Assembly (NCBI GenBank): GCA_051047955.1
Contig: JBPGPT010000001.1
Location: forward strand, 992,001-1,056,000
DNA from: Cystobasidiomycetes sp. EMM_F5
Taxonomy: Eukaryota
Direction of reading: 5' to 3'
DNA: 64,000 nt
The notes below the pieces were generated by a model. It ran no database searches, was not told where the DNA came from, and saw only the letters and a list, made by a program, of their open reading frames with translations. This document shows positions 50,594 through 62,606 of this stretch, in pieces; within the stretch, counting starts at the first letter, position 1, and every line of letters starts with the position of its first letter. Both the position numbers and the translations under genes were made by a program.

Positions 50594-52188
50594 ATGACTT
50601 CTGCAATACTGCTGCTTCTGGCTTCTGCGTTTATCGCGGTCGTCTCGTATGTCTACTTGGCGGTGTCCGCAAGCTTGCCCCGAGAAGAGCTGCAGCGACT
50701 GTCAGCACCTGGGCCAATCCTCCGTGGTCGGGCAACCGCAGCCAACCTTGATGGCCTCACACTCGTTCGAACACTCAGGCTTCCCACTATCAAGCTCGTG
50801 TTCCCAGGAATAGGCAGAATGAGCGTAAAGAACTCGACGAGCGAAATGGTCTTCAAACGTCTGCGACTGCACAATATGGTAGTCAACGCCAACGATGTCT
50901 CTGCAGGCGATATTGTCATACAGGGAAATGTAGACGCTGACTTCACCGGTCTCTGCTCGTTGGACTTGGATTTGGTAAGCCTACGTTGCTGGCGAAAAGC
51001 AATGACCGTTACTGACAATTGGAATAGCTACTAACGCTGCCCGGGATGAAGCCAAAGAGCTTTCGAATCATACGCTCAGGAAAATTGGCCATGAAATTGT
51101 CAGGTCTATCACTCCGTCTGCCTGTGCACCTTGGCGTAACAGCCAAGGGTCAACCAGGCATGCGACACACATCTTTTGCAGTGGCAGAAGGCAAGATCGA
51201 GACTTTGACGTTTACAGGTGCACCTATGGCCCACCTGGCTACGAAGGTACCATTATGGCTGTCCATACAGCCGGTCGCAAACTTTCTCTTGTCGGCAGTC
51301 CTAAAGGAGGATGACCTTAAAGATGCTCTCGCACGTGGATGGCTTCGCATGAAGCCGTTCTTGGATGTTTCATCATGGGAGGGCGTGCCACAGTCCCTGC
51401 GCAATGACTCTTTGGCTCCATTGACCAATCAACACACTACCGCTTTTCAAGCGCATGCAGTCATAGCTGGTCAAACGGCTATAGTTGACATTCCGATACC
51501 CGACCAGTCTCCCAGCCTCTACCGCGAGGGCGGAAAGCGCGCATACCTGCAGAGCTGGAACAAGCTGACGAGCGAAGCAAAGTTCGATATCACAGAAATG
51601 TTTATCAGACGTTTAGGCTTCGACAAAGCGCTTCTAGAGTGGAACACGGCTATCCTCACCGAAAGATTCAGAAGGGACGACAGTCATGCTCACGAACATA
51701 TCATGGAATGCCGTCTGGAGAATTTCCAAACAATCATGGCCGCCTCGTTCCGCCTATACGCAAACATGGGAAAGCCTTTACAGCTCGTCACCGGTCTGCA
51801 GTCATATGGCGAGGGCGGCAAAAGCAGGACACTTGTTCGCGCTGCTCGTCTATCGCTTGTTTTTGCTGTGGGTATTGACGAGGGGGGCGTGAGTATCCGG
51901 ACTTTGCACATCGATGATTTCGACAGCATCGATGTAACCATCGAAGGGCTCAAGGGAAAGAGAGACGACCTGGTAAACCAGATGCTCAAGTTTTTGAAAG
52001 GTCAGATAGCAAACGTAGCGAGCCGCACCGTCAAGCAACTACTTGAACGCGAAGTCAAGCGAGGAACTGGGGCATTCGAAAAGATAGAACAGACTCTTCT
52101 GGATCAAGGCGTCGAGGTTCCTGGCCTCTTTCGCGCTACGAGCCATGATAGCAGTACCCAAACGTTGAGTACAACATCGGCGACATGA
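50594..52188 (+). CDS. Uncharacterised N-anchored protein; possible tandem TULIP/BPI-like domains
   Basis: N-terminal TM (ILLLLASAFIAVVSYVYL) and one intron near 50975-51027. Two beta-rich segments, each followed by an amphipathic helix. Confidence 0.72.
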
Positions 52189-52246
52189 TGTCGAGCACAA
52201 TTGAGATGAGACAACGACAAGCACTACAAGGTTCTGTCTAACAGAT

Positions 52247-53654
52247 TCAGTCCGTTCTATCGAAATTGCGCCAAGTCGCCTTCTCGACCGCTTTCAGACC
52301 GCGACCCTTGAGCTTGGTCATACGATCATACGCTCTTCGCTCCATCTGAATCTTGCCCCTTCTTCTGGACGAATTGAGCCAATCGTCCCATAAACTGCCA
52401 TCGGGCTTAAGATGGCGTAAATTCTCTGGCAGCTCTTCTGACAAGAGGAAAGGCTGTTTGGCCTGTGGCACTCTTGCAGGACCCGAACGCATTCCGACCA
52501 AGCCGTCTGCCGTCAATCTCGTAGCAAGTGCAGTCTTGCGCTTGTGCAATTCGGACAGAGATATCGAAGAAGACTCGTTTAGAGAATTCAAAATGCTCGG
52601 CAATGTACCAATTGCCTGTCTTTGTGCCTTAGTCAACCGCACTTGGGCACGCGTTTGGGCCTAGGGATATTGGATCAGTATATTAGGTCCGGCTCCGACA
52701 GCTTGCACGTTGTATGCATACCTCCAAGGCCTTGTTCAAGCGACTGCGTGCCTTTGCCTTATCTGTTTTCCTGCGCAGTCTCCGGCGCTGAATGAGGACG
52801 CCTTCGTCTTCGTTAATCGCTTCTGCCTCGTCGTCACCACTGCCGACTTCATCGGCGTAGCCATTGTCATAGCTATCGATACCCATAGTATTGACGCGAG
52901 ATGACATAATGAGCTCTTTAGACTCGACGTCTGCTTTGAAAGCTGCTTCCTCCTTGGCAGCCTTTTCATGTTCTTGCTGTAACAGGGCTTGGTGGTCCTG
53001 CAGAGTAGGGTTGTACGATTGCCCAGGATGAGGGAGGCTGATAGGGACGGGAGCAGTATCTGCCGAGAGCAAGGAATGCGCATGCAGCGTTTTGGGTAAC
53101 TTTCCAGATGTGTCAATAAAAAACGTCAAATCATGAACAGCTTAATCGACACAAATGGAACAACAACCCACTTTAATTGGCGCTTTGGTAACAAATTCCT
53201 TGATATCTTCATGGATCTCGATGCGGGACGTGCTGGCTGATGCGTTGTGTTCATTCGACCAGACATCGTATGTGCCACTGCCAGCTACAGCATCTGGCAA
53301 GGCCTGGTTGCCCTTGCTCCTTTCGTTCGAATTAGCATGCTGCACCAATCCCTTGAGCCGTCTCTTGAGTTCTGGCGTTATCCGTGCCCGCTTCTCGCGT
53401 TCTTTCAGATCTTGCACCATGATGCCAGGCTGCGCTTTACTTTTCTGTGCTGGCACTTTGGACCGCTGAGCCAGAATTTCCAGCGATTTCAACGGCTTGC
53501 CAGACCCTCGACGTGGGTGAGCGGCAGCTGGGGCGTCCCATGTCGACGACAGGATTCTCGACCGGAGAGCCTCATCACCGGCTGCATCAATCTCAAAAAG
53601 GTCGCTGTCCACCGTCTGCCTCTCGCGGGCCTTGCCTTTACTGCCCTTCCCCAT
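52247..53654 (-). CDS. NOP53: Ribosome biogenesis protein Nop53
   Basis: DLFEIDAAGDE, KPLKSLEILAQRSKVPA, PHPGQSYNPTLQDHQALL, and LSEELPENLRHLKPDGSLW...RGKIQ. Confidence 0.92.
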
Positions 53655-53720
53655 GATGTAGCTGAACGATGATCAGATATCGTCCGCTCAAGTTGGTCGG
53701 GAAGCATTTACGGAGTTGAC

Positions 53721-53760
53721 GCAAAAATTGCAACAACTAGACTGCTCCGGCGAAAAATTT
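53721..53760. promoter_or_regulatory. RRPE-like elements upstream of NOP53
   Basis: GAAAAATTT at 53752-53760 and CAAAAATTG at 53722-53730. These resemble the RRPE motif of fungal ribosome-biogenesis promoters. Confidence 0.4.
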
Positions 53761-53833
53761 GGCAGTAACTTAAGGGCAATGTTACAACAACATTGAGAAC
53801 AGCTACTGCTTCTCCGAGGTCACCACAACTGCC

Positions 53834-56800
53834 TCATCTTCCGGCTATAGGGGACTCAAGATCAACCCCGTTCATCTCGACAAAGCCCAGATTGCCATTC
53901 ACATGATCAGCATCGACAATATCCCCATACTCATCCATCTGTGCAAGAACATAATCGAGCAACGCCGTTTCTTGCTCCAGACGGACCATGCGTGCATAGT
54001 GTCTCTCGGTATAGGGCAGAAGTGCGTCAATTATGTCGCCGATTGAAGCCGTTGCTTTCGGTTTCCTCGACGAATTATCATTTTCTCCATCACCAGTTTT
54101 TGCTCGAGAGATTTCCATACCAGTTGCAACAGCCTTGACTTCGAGTATCTGCGCGCTGCTGAATGTCTTGAGAATCATGTGCAGCAACGTCTGAGCGACA
54201 TCAGCGTCCCGTGAGCGGGCGTTCCAATCACGAATGTATTCCAGCAAGCGATACAAGTCGCCAGATTCGAGGCTGGCAATGACCGATGCAAGGACGGCAG
54301 ATGTAGCCTTGATTCCTGTTGAGTCGCCTTGACTGTCATCGGCTAAAATATCGGTGAGCAAAAGCAACAGCCTGCGTGGCTGATCCATAGACAGAGCAAG
54401 GATGATAGCATTCCTATAATCCTTCGCATCGAGGTAATTCGCCAAGTCTTGTTGTCTGCGGGGTTCTCAATCAGTGCAAGTCCCGCTGCTCAAATGTAAC
54501 GATTTGTCAACTTACTTCAACACAATCTCCTCTTCCGCGAGTGCTTCTTCTTCTTCCCTCAATTCGGTAACGTCTTGCCAGAAATTGATGACGGAGTCTG
54601 CGCCGCCGGACACGATGGTACTTGCATCGTGATTGACTGTCAAAGCCCAAATCTGAGGCCGCGTCAGAGTGCGAACAGACTCTGCAAGGAGATGCAGCAT
54701 ACCTTTTCCTCGTGATTGTCCAGGGTAGCTACGCATTCTTCGTCCTTCGTGTTCCAGATTTTCACGAGGCCATCCGAAGCACAAGAAGCAATTTGAGCGC
54801 CACCGGGCAGGAAGTCAATCTTCAATACTGTGTTAGTGTGACCTTCGAAAGTCTTCAGGCAGGTATAGTCCGTGAGACTCCATAGCTTGATGCTACGGTC
54901 GCCAGAAGCGGTTGCAATTATCTGATCTGCAGGGTGGAATCGAACCGACCAAACCCCTCGTTTATGACCCTTCAGAATTCCGAGTGGGACCAGCCGTACG
55001 GTAGGCACGTTACTATTGCTGCGAGCCCCAGGGATGTAATCGATCCCAAACAGCTTGGCTGTTTTGTCTTGTGAGCCCGTGACCAGCAATCTATCGTTCG
55101 GCGCAATGTCTAGGGCATTGATATCCTTGTCGTGCACTTTCAACGTCGCCATTGCACGCAGCTTGACTGGTTCCCCATCTCTGCCCGTTCGCCTTGCGGG
55201 TTCGTCAACGTTGACGTACGCAGCGATGTCCCAAACTTTGACAGTGAGATCCTGACTAGCGGTGATGGCGAAGAGACCTTCCTTCGGTGCTGCAGCTACG
55301 GCTCCTATGCTTTCCAAATGTCCTTCCGCTATGGCTTCGCAAGTCCATGCTGACTTTTGTGGATCCGATCCATCTTGAGTCTGAGCATCACCAGGCTGAG
55401 CCGACCATAGCCGCATTGTCCGATCTTTGCTGCCCGACAGAAGCAGAGATCCATTCGTGCTCTTTGCTAGACAAAGTACTACATTAGCGTGACCATGCAA
55501 GAGACTGACGTTGAACGTCTCCAGATCGTATATCCGTATGAGGTCCGAATTTGTAGCGACTGCAAGATGTGTGTCTGTCGAGTTCTGGGTTGACGAAGAA
55601 GTAGACGCTGATGACAGGAAGACCGTATCTATGACTTCGTCATTATAGCCGACAATATGTCGAAGCGGATGCAGAGTCGGAAGCTGGTGGAAGGTCAGAT
55701 TCTGGTCGACATGAGCTGTAATGACAATGCCAGGAATTGCGCTGTCACAAAAGTCAGACTTCGAGTAGGCACTGACGTACAGACACAGGAAGGAGCTTAC
55801 CAGACATGGACGACTTCATGCACTTTCGTGTCGCCGTGCTGAGTGGTAGTCTGGACTTGTTGGCCAGTATGTACATCCCATAGTCGAATATGGCCGCTAT
55901 CACCGGCTGTCCAGACGCAGACTCGCGCGCTTGGGTCATTGATCTCTTTCGCCTTGCCTTTCCCCTTTTTGCTCGATTCGACGTCAGCGTCTTCCTTCGC
56001 AACTTCAACCAGTCCTACAGCTTCTAATGTTTCATAGACTGGGATAGTATGCCTCAGATGACCAGACGGTAAATCCCAGACTGTAAATACTCGGTCTCTA
56101 CCACCGGCAACTAGCGTTCTGCCGTCCCGAGTGATATCGAGTCCGCGAACTACGGAAGAATGGCCGTCCAGAACGAGGAGGGATTTCCTTGTATTCAGAT
56201 CCCAAGCCCTGATGCGACAGTCATCGGAGGCGGAAAAGAGCCTGGGCGGTCGTCCGGGATCAACATCGAATGCAAGAGCAGACACTACGCCTCCATGTCC
56301 TCGAAAGACATGCGTACAGTGTGCTGCTGCCGCATCCCAGACTTTGACAATGCCGTCTGCGGATCCCGTAGCAAAGACAGAGCCGGTCCGGTCAGCGGCT
56401 GCGACTGTGATGGGCGCATCGTGAGCGCGAGCCAATTGTCGGATGAGTGCAAACGGCGCATTGTCGTTCTGAGGAGCAGTGGCGTAAAAACGCAGCGCTA
56501 GAGAGCGGTGCGCAACCAGCAGTACGCCCGAATGGGCAGCGTTGGCGCTCGCCAGAGCCAAGGTAGTGACATCGGAAGAGTCCTGTTGATGTCATCAGCA
56601 CGAAAGCTCCAAGATGGCCAAATTTCTTGCGCGAGGCGTGAAAGATTTGTTGATGACGGCGACTCACTCCGCGAAAGAGATGGATTCGCTGGCCAGACGG
56701 GACATCAGTGCAGACTACCTGCTCGCCGAGTGTCGTGTACAGCGTCTGGCCGTCAGTGCTGGCTGCAAATGCCCCGCCCGTGTAGATTGGCGTCAGGCTT

Positions 56801-56931
56801 CTGTCGAGCTTGAAACTTTGGGCGCAGTCCATCTCAGCCGCGACCAGCCTGTCCGCCGGGTACAACAACGCCCACCTCGTCCTGAGCTTGGTCTGTGCAG
56901 AATAGCCATTCCCAGCTCTGGCTCGTTTCAT
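53834..56931 (-). CDS. UTP13: U3 snoRNA-associated protein Utp13 (TBL3), WD40 repeats
   Basis: PIYTGG, FATGSADGIVKVWD, RGHGGVVSAL, VGYNDEVID, LAVATNSDLIRIY, VHDKDIN, KGHKRGVW, YIRDWNA and ALLPYTERHY. Confidence 0.96.
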
Positions 56932-57099
56932 GATTTTGCCAAATTTCAGGATTTTGGTGTTTTATCAAGGGATTCGGACTTTGACGTTTTCTGACACAAA
57001 CAATTGAAACGGCGTGCACGAAAAGAGCGAGAATTGCTGGATCCACCATTTGAGACAGTGCACACGCCCACACGCTCCTTACAGTCTGGTCGCGCAGCC

Positions 57100-59845
57100 A
57101 TGGAGGCCAGGTTTATCGCGGCTGGTCTGCCAAAGTCGAAGGCTGAAGCAACGGCAAAGAATGGCAAACTGGGACCCGTTCTGGCTGGGATAGTCGACAG
57201 GAATGGCATAACCGATCCTGGTACAAACCCAAAGCAGGCGAATCTGCTGCTCCAACTGGCTACGTCGTCACTATCGACGCCGCTCGAGTCAAGCGCCCAG
57301 GATATGCTGGCAGTGCGCGTCAGCAATGGTGGAATACAGACCCAAGATCAACTGATGGGCGAGTAGACGGCTAGAAGACGTATTGCCGTTTATTAACGAG
57401 AATACCCTGACAGCCGGTATTGCGTACCTGAAGGACAATGATAGCCCAACGGCAGATGAGCTCGACAAGGCTAGCGGTGTTGGTGAGTAAGGTATACGAA
57501 GCTTTATCGCATCTCAGTACACTAATGCCATGCTCATAATTCCGATACTGCAACAATGTCTTTAGGCGTGACTGTAACGCCCGAACAAGTCGCATCTAGC
57601 GTTGCAAGCTATGTCCACGAGAATCTTGAATCCTTAAGAGCCACGACATGGTCCTCTCTGTCTACTTCTATGGCTGCATTGAAGCTGACCGACAGCCTCC
57701 GCTGGGCATCTCCTCTGGAAGTGAAGAAATCGCTCGAGAGCTCGTTTACTCAAGCCTTCGGGACCAAGGAGGAGTACGACAAGGTCAATGCAGCCAATAA
57801 AGCAATCGGTAAACAGAAGCCAGCGAAGACTGCAACAGCGGCTGCAACAGCAGAAGGGGAGGGACCAGTAGCTAGCACTTCTACAGACAATGACAGCATT
57901 TCGGCGACAAATATGTTTGAGGAAGGTTTCCTCGCCAGGTTGCACCCGGTTGGCGGAAATCCTCAACTTAGCGAGAAGCTAAGGGAAGAGCATATGAAGG
58001 CCACTCAAGGCAAGGTCTTTACCCGGTTTCCGCCCGAGCCAAATGGTGAGTGTGCAGTCATTTGTGGCTGCGGACAATATGCCTACTCATTCGCCTTATC
58101 CTTTGTATTCAGGTTATCTACATATTGGACACTCCAAGGCGATTGCCATCAACTTTGGTTTTGCTCAGTACCACAAGGGCCACTGCTACCTCCGCTTTGA
58201 TGATACTAACCCAGAAACCGAAGAGCAAGTTTATATCGATTCTTGTTTGGATGTCGTGCGCTGGCTAGGATTCGAGCCGTGGAAGGTTACCTACTCTTCG
58301 GATCATTTCCAAGCGCTGTATGACTTGGCCGTGGAGCTGATTCGACGAGACAAGGCCTACATGTGCTATTGCTCGAAAGATACCATCTTTGAGAACCGTG
58401 GTGGAGAAGCTAGAGGTCCCCGGAAAGCCTGCGAACATCGCTCGCGGCCGGTGGAAGCTTCGCTAGCCGAGTTTGAAAAGATGAAGAATGGAGGATTTGC
58501 TCCGGAAGACAATGCGACACTTCGCATGAAGCAGGATCTGGATGACCCGAGTCCGCAAATGTGGGATCTTGTAGCTTATCGTACACCAAAGGGCAGCAAG
58601 CATCATCATCGTACAGGCGATCAGTGGACCATCTACCCAACGTACGATTTCACGCACTGCCTGTGCGATTCATTCGAAAATATTACCCATTCCCTCTGTA
58701 CGACCGAGTTTGTCATGTCGAGACAATCGTACGAATGGCTGTGTGACGCAGTGTCCGTGTACAAGCCACGTCAATCAGAATATGGCCGGCTGAAGTTGCA
58801 AGGTACTTTTCTTTCCAAACGAAAAATAATGAAACTCGTCAACAAGGGTATCGTAGATGGATGGGACGACCCTCGCCTCTACACTCTCATTGCACTCCGT
58901 CGACGAGGTATACCACCTGGTGCCATCTTGTCATTCGTAAACAATATCGGTGTGACCACTGCCGATACTGGATTAAGCACCCATCGTTTCGAGCAGACTA
59001 TCCGGTCATACCTGGAGACGACCGTGCCTCGACTCATGGTTGTGCTGAAGCCCCTGAAGGTAACGCTCACCAACGTCCCAGCCGACTTTGCAGAGACTGT
59101 GGACAAGCCACTCCACACGAAGGATGCAAGCATGGGAACAAACAGGGTGTACCTGACTCAGACTGTATACATTGAAGAGACAGACTTTCGTTCTGTTGAT
59201 TCGAAAGACTTCTTCCGCCTGGCGCCTGGTAAGACTGTGGGGCTACTTTACGCTGCATATCCCATCACTTGTACCTCTTTCAAGACCGACGAGAAGACTG
59301 GCGAAGTCGCGGAGGTCCTTGCTACGTATGGCGGCTTCACTGAAGACGGAGAGAAGGTTACAACGCCTTCAAAGAAGGTCAAGACTTACATTCATTGGGT
59401 CGCTCAGAGCGCACAGCACAACAGTCCGGTCAAGGTGGAGGAAGTGCGCATCTTCAGTCAGCTGTTCAAATCAGACGATCCTTCAACTTTGGAAGGCGAT
59501 GAAGCCATTCTCGCCGACATTGATCCCAGCAGCCTGCAAGTCAGGCGTGGCGCATACATTGAGACTGGCATTTACGATATTATCGATCGACTCAACAAGC
59601 AGGCAACGATTGAGAAACAAGAGCATACGGAAGACGTTATCACATCGGACCCTGCTGCAACGCTTCGTGGAGGTACTACTGGTGGCAACGAGCGAATTCG
59701 TTTCCAGGCGCTTCGTACCGCCTACTTTTGCATCGATAAGGACGCCGACATTGCGGCGCTGCGGACAGGATCGGGCGGCAGATCCCCAACCGACACTATC
59801 ATTCTCAATCAGATCGTTTCGTTAAAGGAGGACAAGTCGAAGTAA
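57100..59845 (+). CDS. GLN4: Glutaminyl-tRNA synthetase
   Basis: TRFPPEPN|GYLHIGH, LRFDDTNP, YPTYDFTHCLCDS, THSLCTTEF, LSKRK and GWDDPRL, plus a eukaryotic N-terminal domain. Confidence 0.97.
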
Positions 59846-60204
59846 TAAAGGCAGCTGTCGTGTTGTACGAATTTGTACCCCACGTCCTTCCTAGTCACAG
59901 AGGGCATCAGGGACTTTACTTTCGCATGTTGTGTGGGCGCGCTCTTTCTGCATTTCAAGCAGCCTTCAGGTTGTGGCATACCGCTTTTAGCACCGGGACC
60001 TGACCGGATCCGGCGTTATAAGTCAGGGGCCCCGAGCCAAGCCGACCTGTCATGTTTGACGTGTAACTTACGACCAGACGCAGCTGCGGTGAGCATGCAG
60101 CCTGCTTCCTCGTCCTCTTGACAACTTGTACCATTTGCTGCGCTAGTCTGAACCAAACTCGGTGCAATCAGCTCAACGCGCACACAACGTCAAGCCGACA
60201 AGTC

Positions 60205-60735
60205 ATGGCTTCCACGAGCACAGCAACCGCTCCGGCCCATACGGCAATGGAAGACTTTGCTGAAGCTCGCAAGAGCATGCCGTTCCAGCGCCAGAATGGT
60301 TGGTACACGGCAGGCGTTCCAAGCATCGGTCCCGGAGGTGGCAACCAGCAGTTCAGCCGCGAGCAGCTGGCACAAATCAGTTCGGAGGACCGCAAGCGTA
60401 TCATCGCTGAGTATGAGGTGTGTCTGCACGCTCCAGACCGAGAGTCGCGTCGCTTAAACATTTGTTGCCAGGAGAAGATGAAACCTCAACCAGGTGGGGC
60501 TGAACAATGGATGACCCGGGGCAAGTAAGCAATTGCACGTAATGCATGATACAATGTCGATCGTTGATGTTCATTGCCCCGTAGCCTGGCAAGCAGTGTC
60601 GCACGAGGAGTTGGCAAGTTGTTCAAGAAGAAAAGCAAGACGGACATCGCAGGACAGAGCGGTTCGGATGGCAACAGCCTTCGCACCGTCGACTCGGACA
60701 CTACCAAAGTCGAGGCTGGTGTAGCCGCCAAGTGA
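60205..60735 (+). CDS. Small hypothetical protein (three exons)
   Basis: ATG in good context and two canonical introns that keep the frame: ...IIAEYE|EKMKPQ...TRGN|LASSVARGVGKLFKKK...GVAAK*. Confidence 0.6.
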
Positions 60736-60919
60736 TCCGCAATGGATGAATCCGCCAGACAGCAACATTGCCCTCCTTTATGCTATGAAATTAGTGTAGC
60801 ATACAATAGTAACAACCCCTAAGTACCGAGCATTGATAGCAATTCAAACAACAACATACTTCGCAAGCTTCAGACGCCCTCGCTCTGTGAGGCTATCCAT
60901 TCACTCGATGTGTTCGAAT

Positions 60920-62421
60920 TCACGCTGTTGTATCTGGACGGAAAATGGTATTGGGGCCGTACCATGTTCCCTTGACGAATGAGTTCCAGTAAACGAAGGG
61001 GAAGACGTCCTTCTTCAAGTGGTAGAAGGCTCGTCGCGGCACATCCTGCGAACCGAAAACGCTCTCGAACGTCTCCTCAGGCACGCCACCGTACTTGAAC
61101 TCGCATAACATGAGCTCGCCATGACCGGTGAGCAATGGACAGCTTGCATATCCAGAGTATTTCGCTTGCGGTGCACCCTTTCCGAGTGCAGATGTTACCA
61201 GATTGTCGACGAGTACTGGTGTTTGTGAAGCAATGGCGGCAGCAGTTTTTGAATTGGGTAGACTTGAGGCATCGCCGAGAGAAAAGACGTTGGGAAACTT
61301 GGTGTGTTGAGTAGTTTGTTGATTCACCGATACCCATCCGGCAGCGTCTGCCAACGTTGATTTTGCGACCCATTCGTGGGGCTTTTGCGGCGGAACAACG
61401 TGCAGGAACCCATATTCTCGCTCGACCTCTTTCCCACCGTCTGCCAGGTTCTTGAACGTAACCACCTTGTTCTTGGTGTCTATAGCGACCAGGTTGTGCT
61501 GGAACAAACCATCTACTTTTCGCTCAACACGAAGCTGCTCGAGTGCTTTGGCATATTTGGGAACCGCGAACATGGCTATATTTGATAGCCTATGTCAGAG
61601 CCGACCTTCTGAACATCACACTCGTGCACAGCCTACCTGGAGCGCCTGTAGCAAAGACAGGTTTGACTTGGTCACGAACGCCTTCGATGCCCCATTGCGA
61701 CAGCGCCATCCACATAATCTTCTGTGGAGCACCCGCACACTTGATGATCCCTGCAGGTTGCGTAAAGATAGCTGTGCCCTTCTTGAAGGCCAATATGTTC
61801 TCCCATGTCTGCTCTACCGTCTTTTCTGAATATATGCTCGAGACGAGAGATGATCTGTCGGCCAGCGCTGCGTCCAAACCTTTGATAGCGCCGAAGTCTG
61901 TCTTGAGGCCAGGTGCTACCACCAGATAATCGTAGGTGATATCGATATTCTCGGAAGTCTTGACTGTGTTATTGGATGGATCAAAATCGGATACTCTGAG
62001 AGGATAGTGCTGTACACCGGACGGAATAACAGAAGATAAAGGCTTGTTCATCGAGTCTAGCGACGCGAGTCCGGATCCGACCAGTGTCCATCCCGGCTGG
62101 TTATAGAAAGTATCATTTGTCAGCCTGTCGTACTTTGTAAGCAGAGTGACAGTCTTGACAGACCTGATAGTGATGCGTCTGGGCGGGATCAATTATTGCA
62201 ATGTCGTCTTTAGATGTAAGCCATTCTCTAGCGAGATTCGAGCGTTGAAGCTGAGCTGCAACCGTGACACCTGCTGTACCAGCTCCTACAATGACAACTT
62301 TGTGATGCCGTTTATTGGAAGAGACTGTGGCATAGCCACGTTCTAGGCGAGCAACCAGAGGCTTGCCGAGACTCGGACTTGCAAAGCGTCTTGCTAGCAC
62401 TGTGGCGGTCACAGAAGCCAT
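60920..62421 (-). CDS. SQR: Mitochondrial sulfide:quinone oxidoreductase (Hmt2/SQOR-type)
   Basis: Arg-rich presequence, VVIVGAGTAG, HYQ|PGWTLVG, YDYLVVAPGL, IKCAGAPQK, FSLGD, SKTAAAI and YSGYASCPL. Both catalytic Cys are present. Confidence 0.95.
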
Positions 62422-62585
62422 GTTTTGGACAGTGTTGACACCGGGTCGACCTCGGATGGATAGAAGCCCAGACTATGATAAATCCTAGATGGACGTCGTT
62501 TTTCAAGCAGTGCAAGCTACTTTGGTGTATGTTTTCTGAGTTGCGAAAGCTGAGAAAGAAAAAAGCATCAAACGCCACAAGAAGG

Positions 62586-62606
62586 CGTGATGCGCAATCA
62601 CGTGAC
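62586..62606. promoter_or_regulatory. Inverted repeat plus E-box upstream of SQR
   Basis: CGTGAT-gcgca-ATCACG overlaps ATCACGTGAC, about 170 bp upstream of the SQR ATG. Confidence 0.4.
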
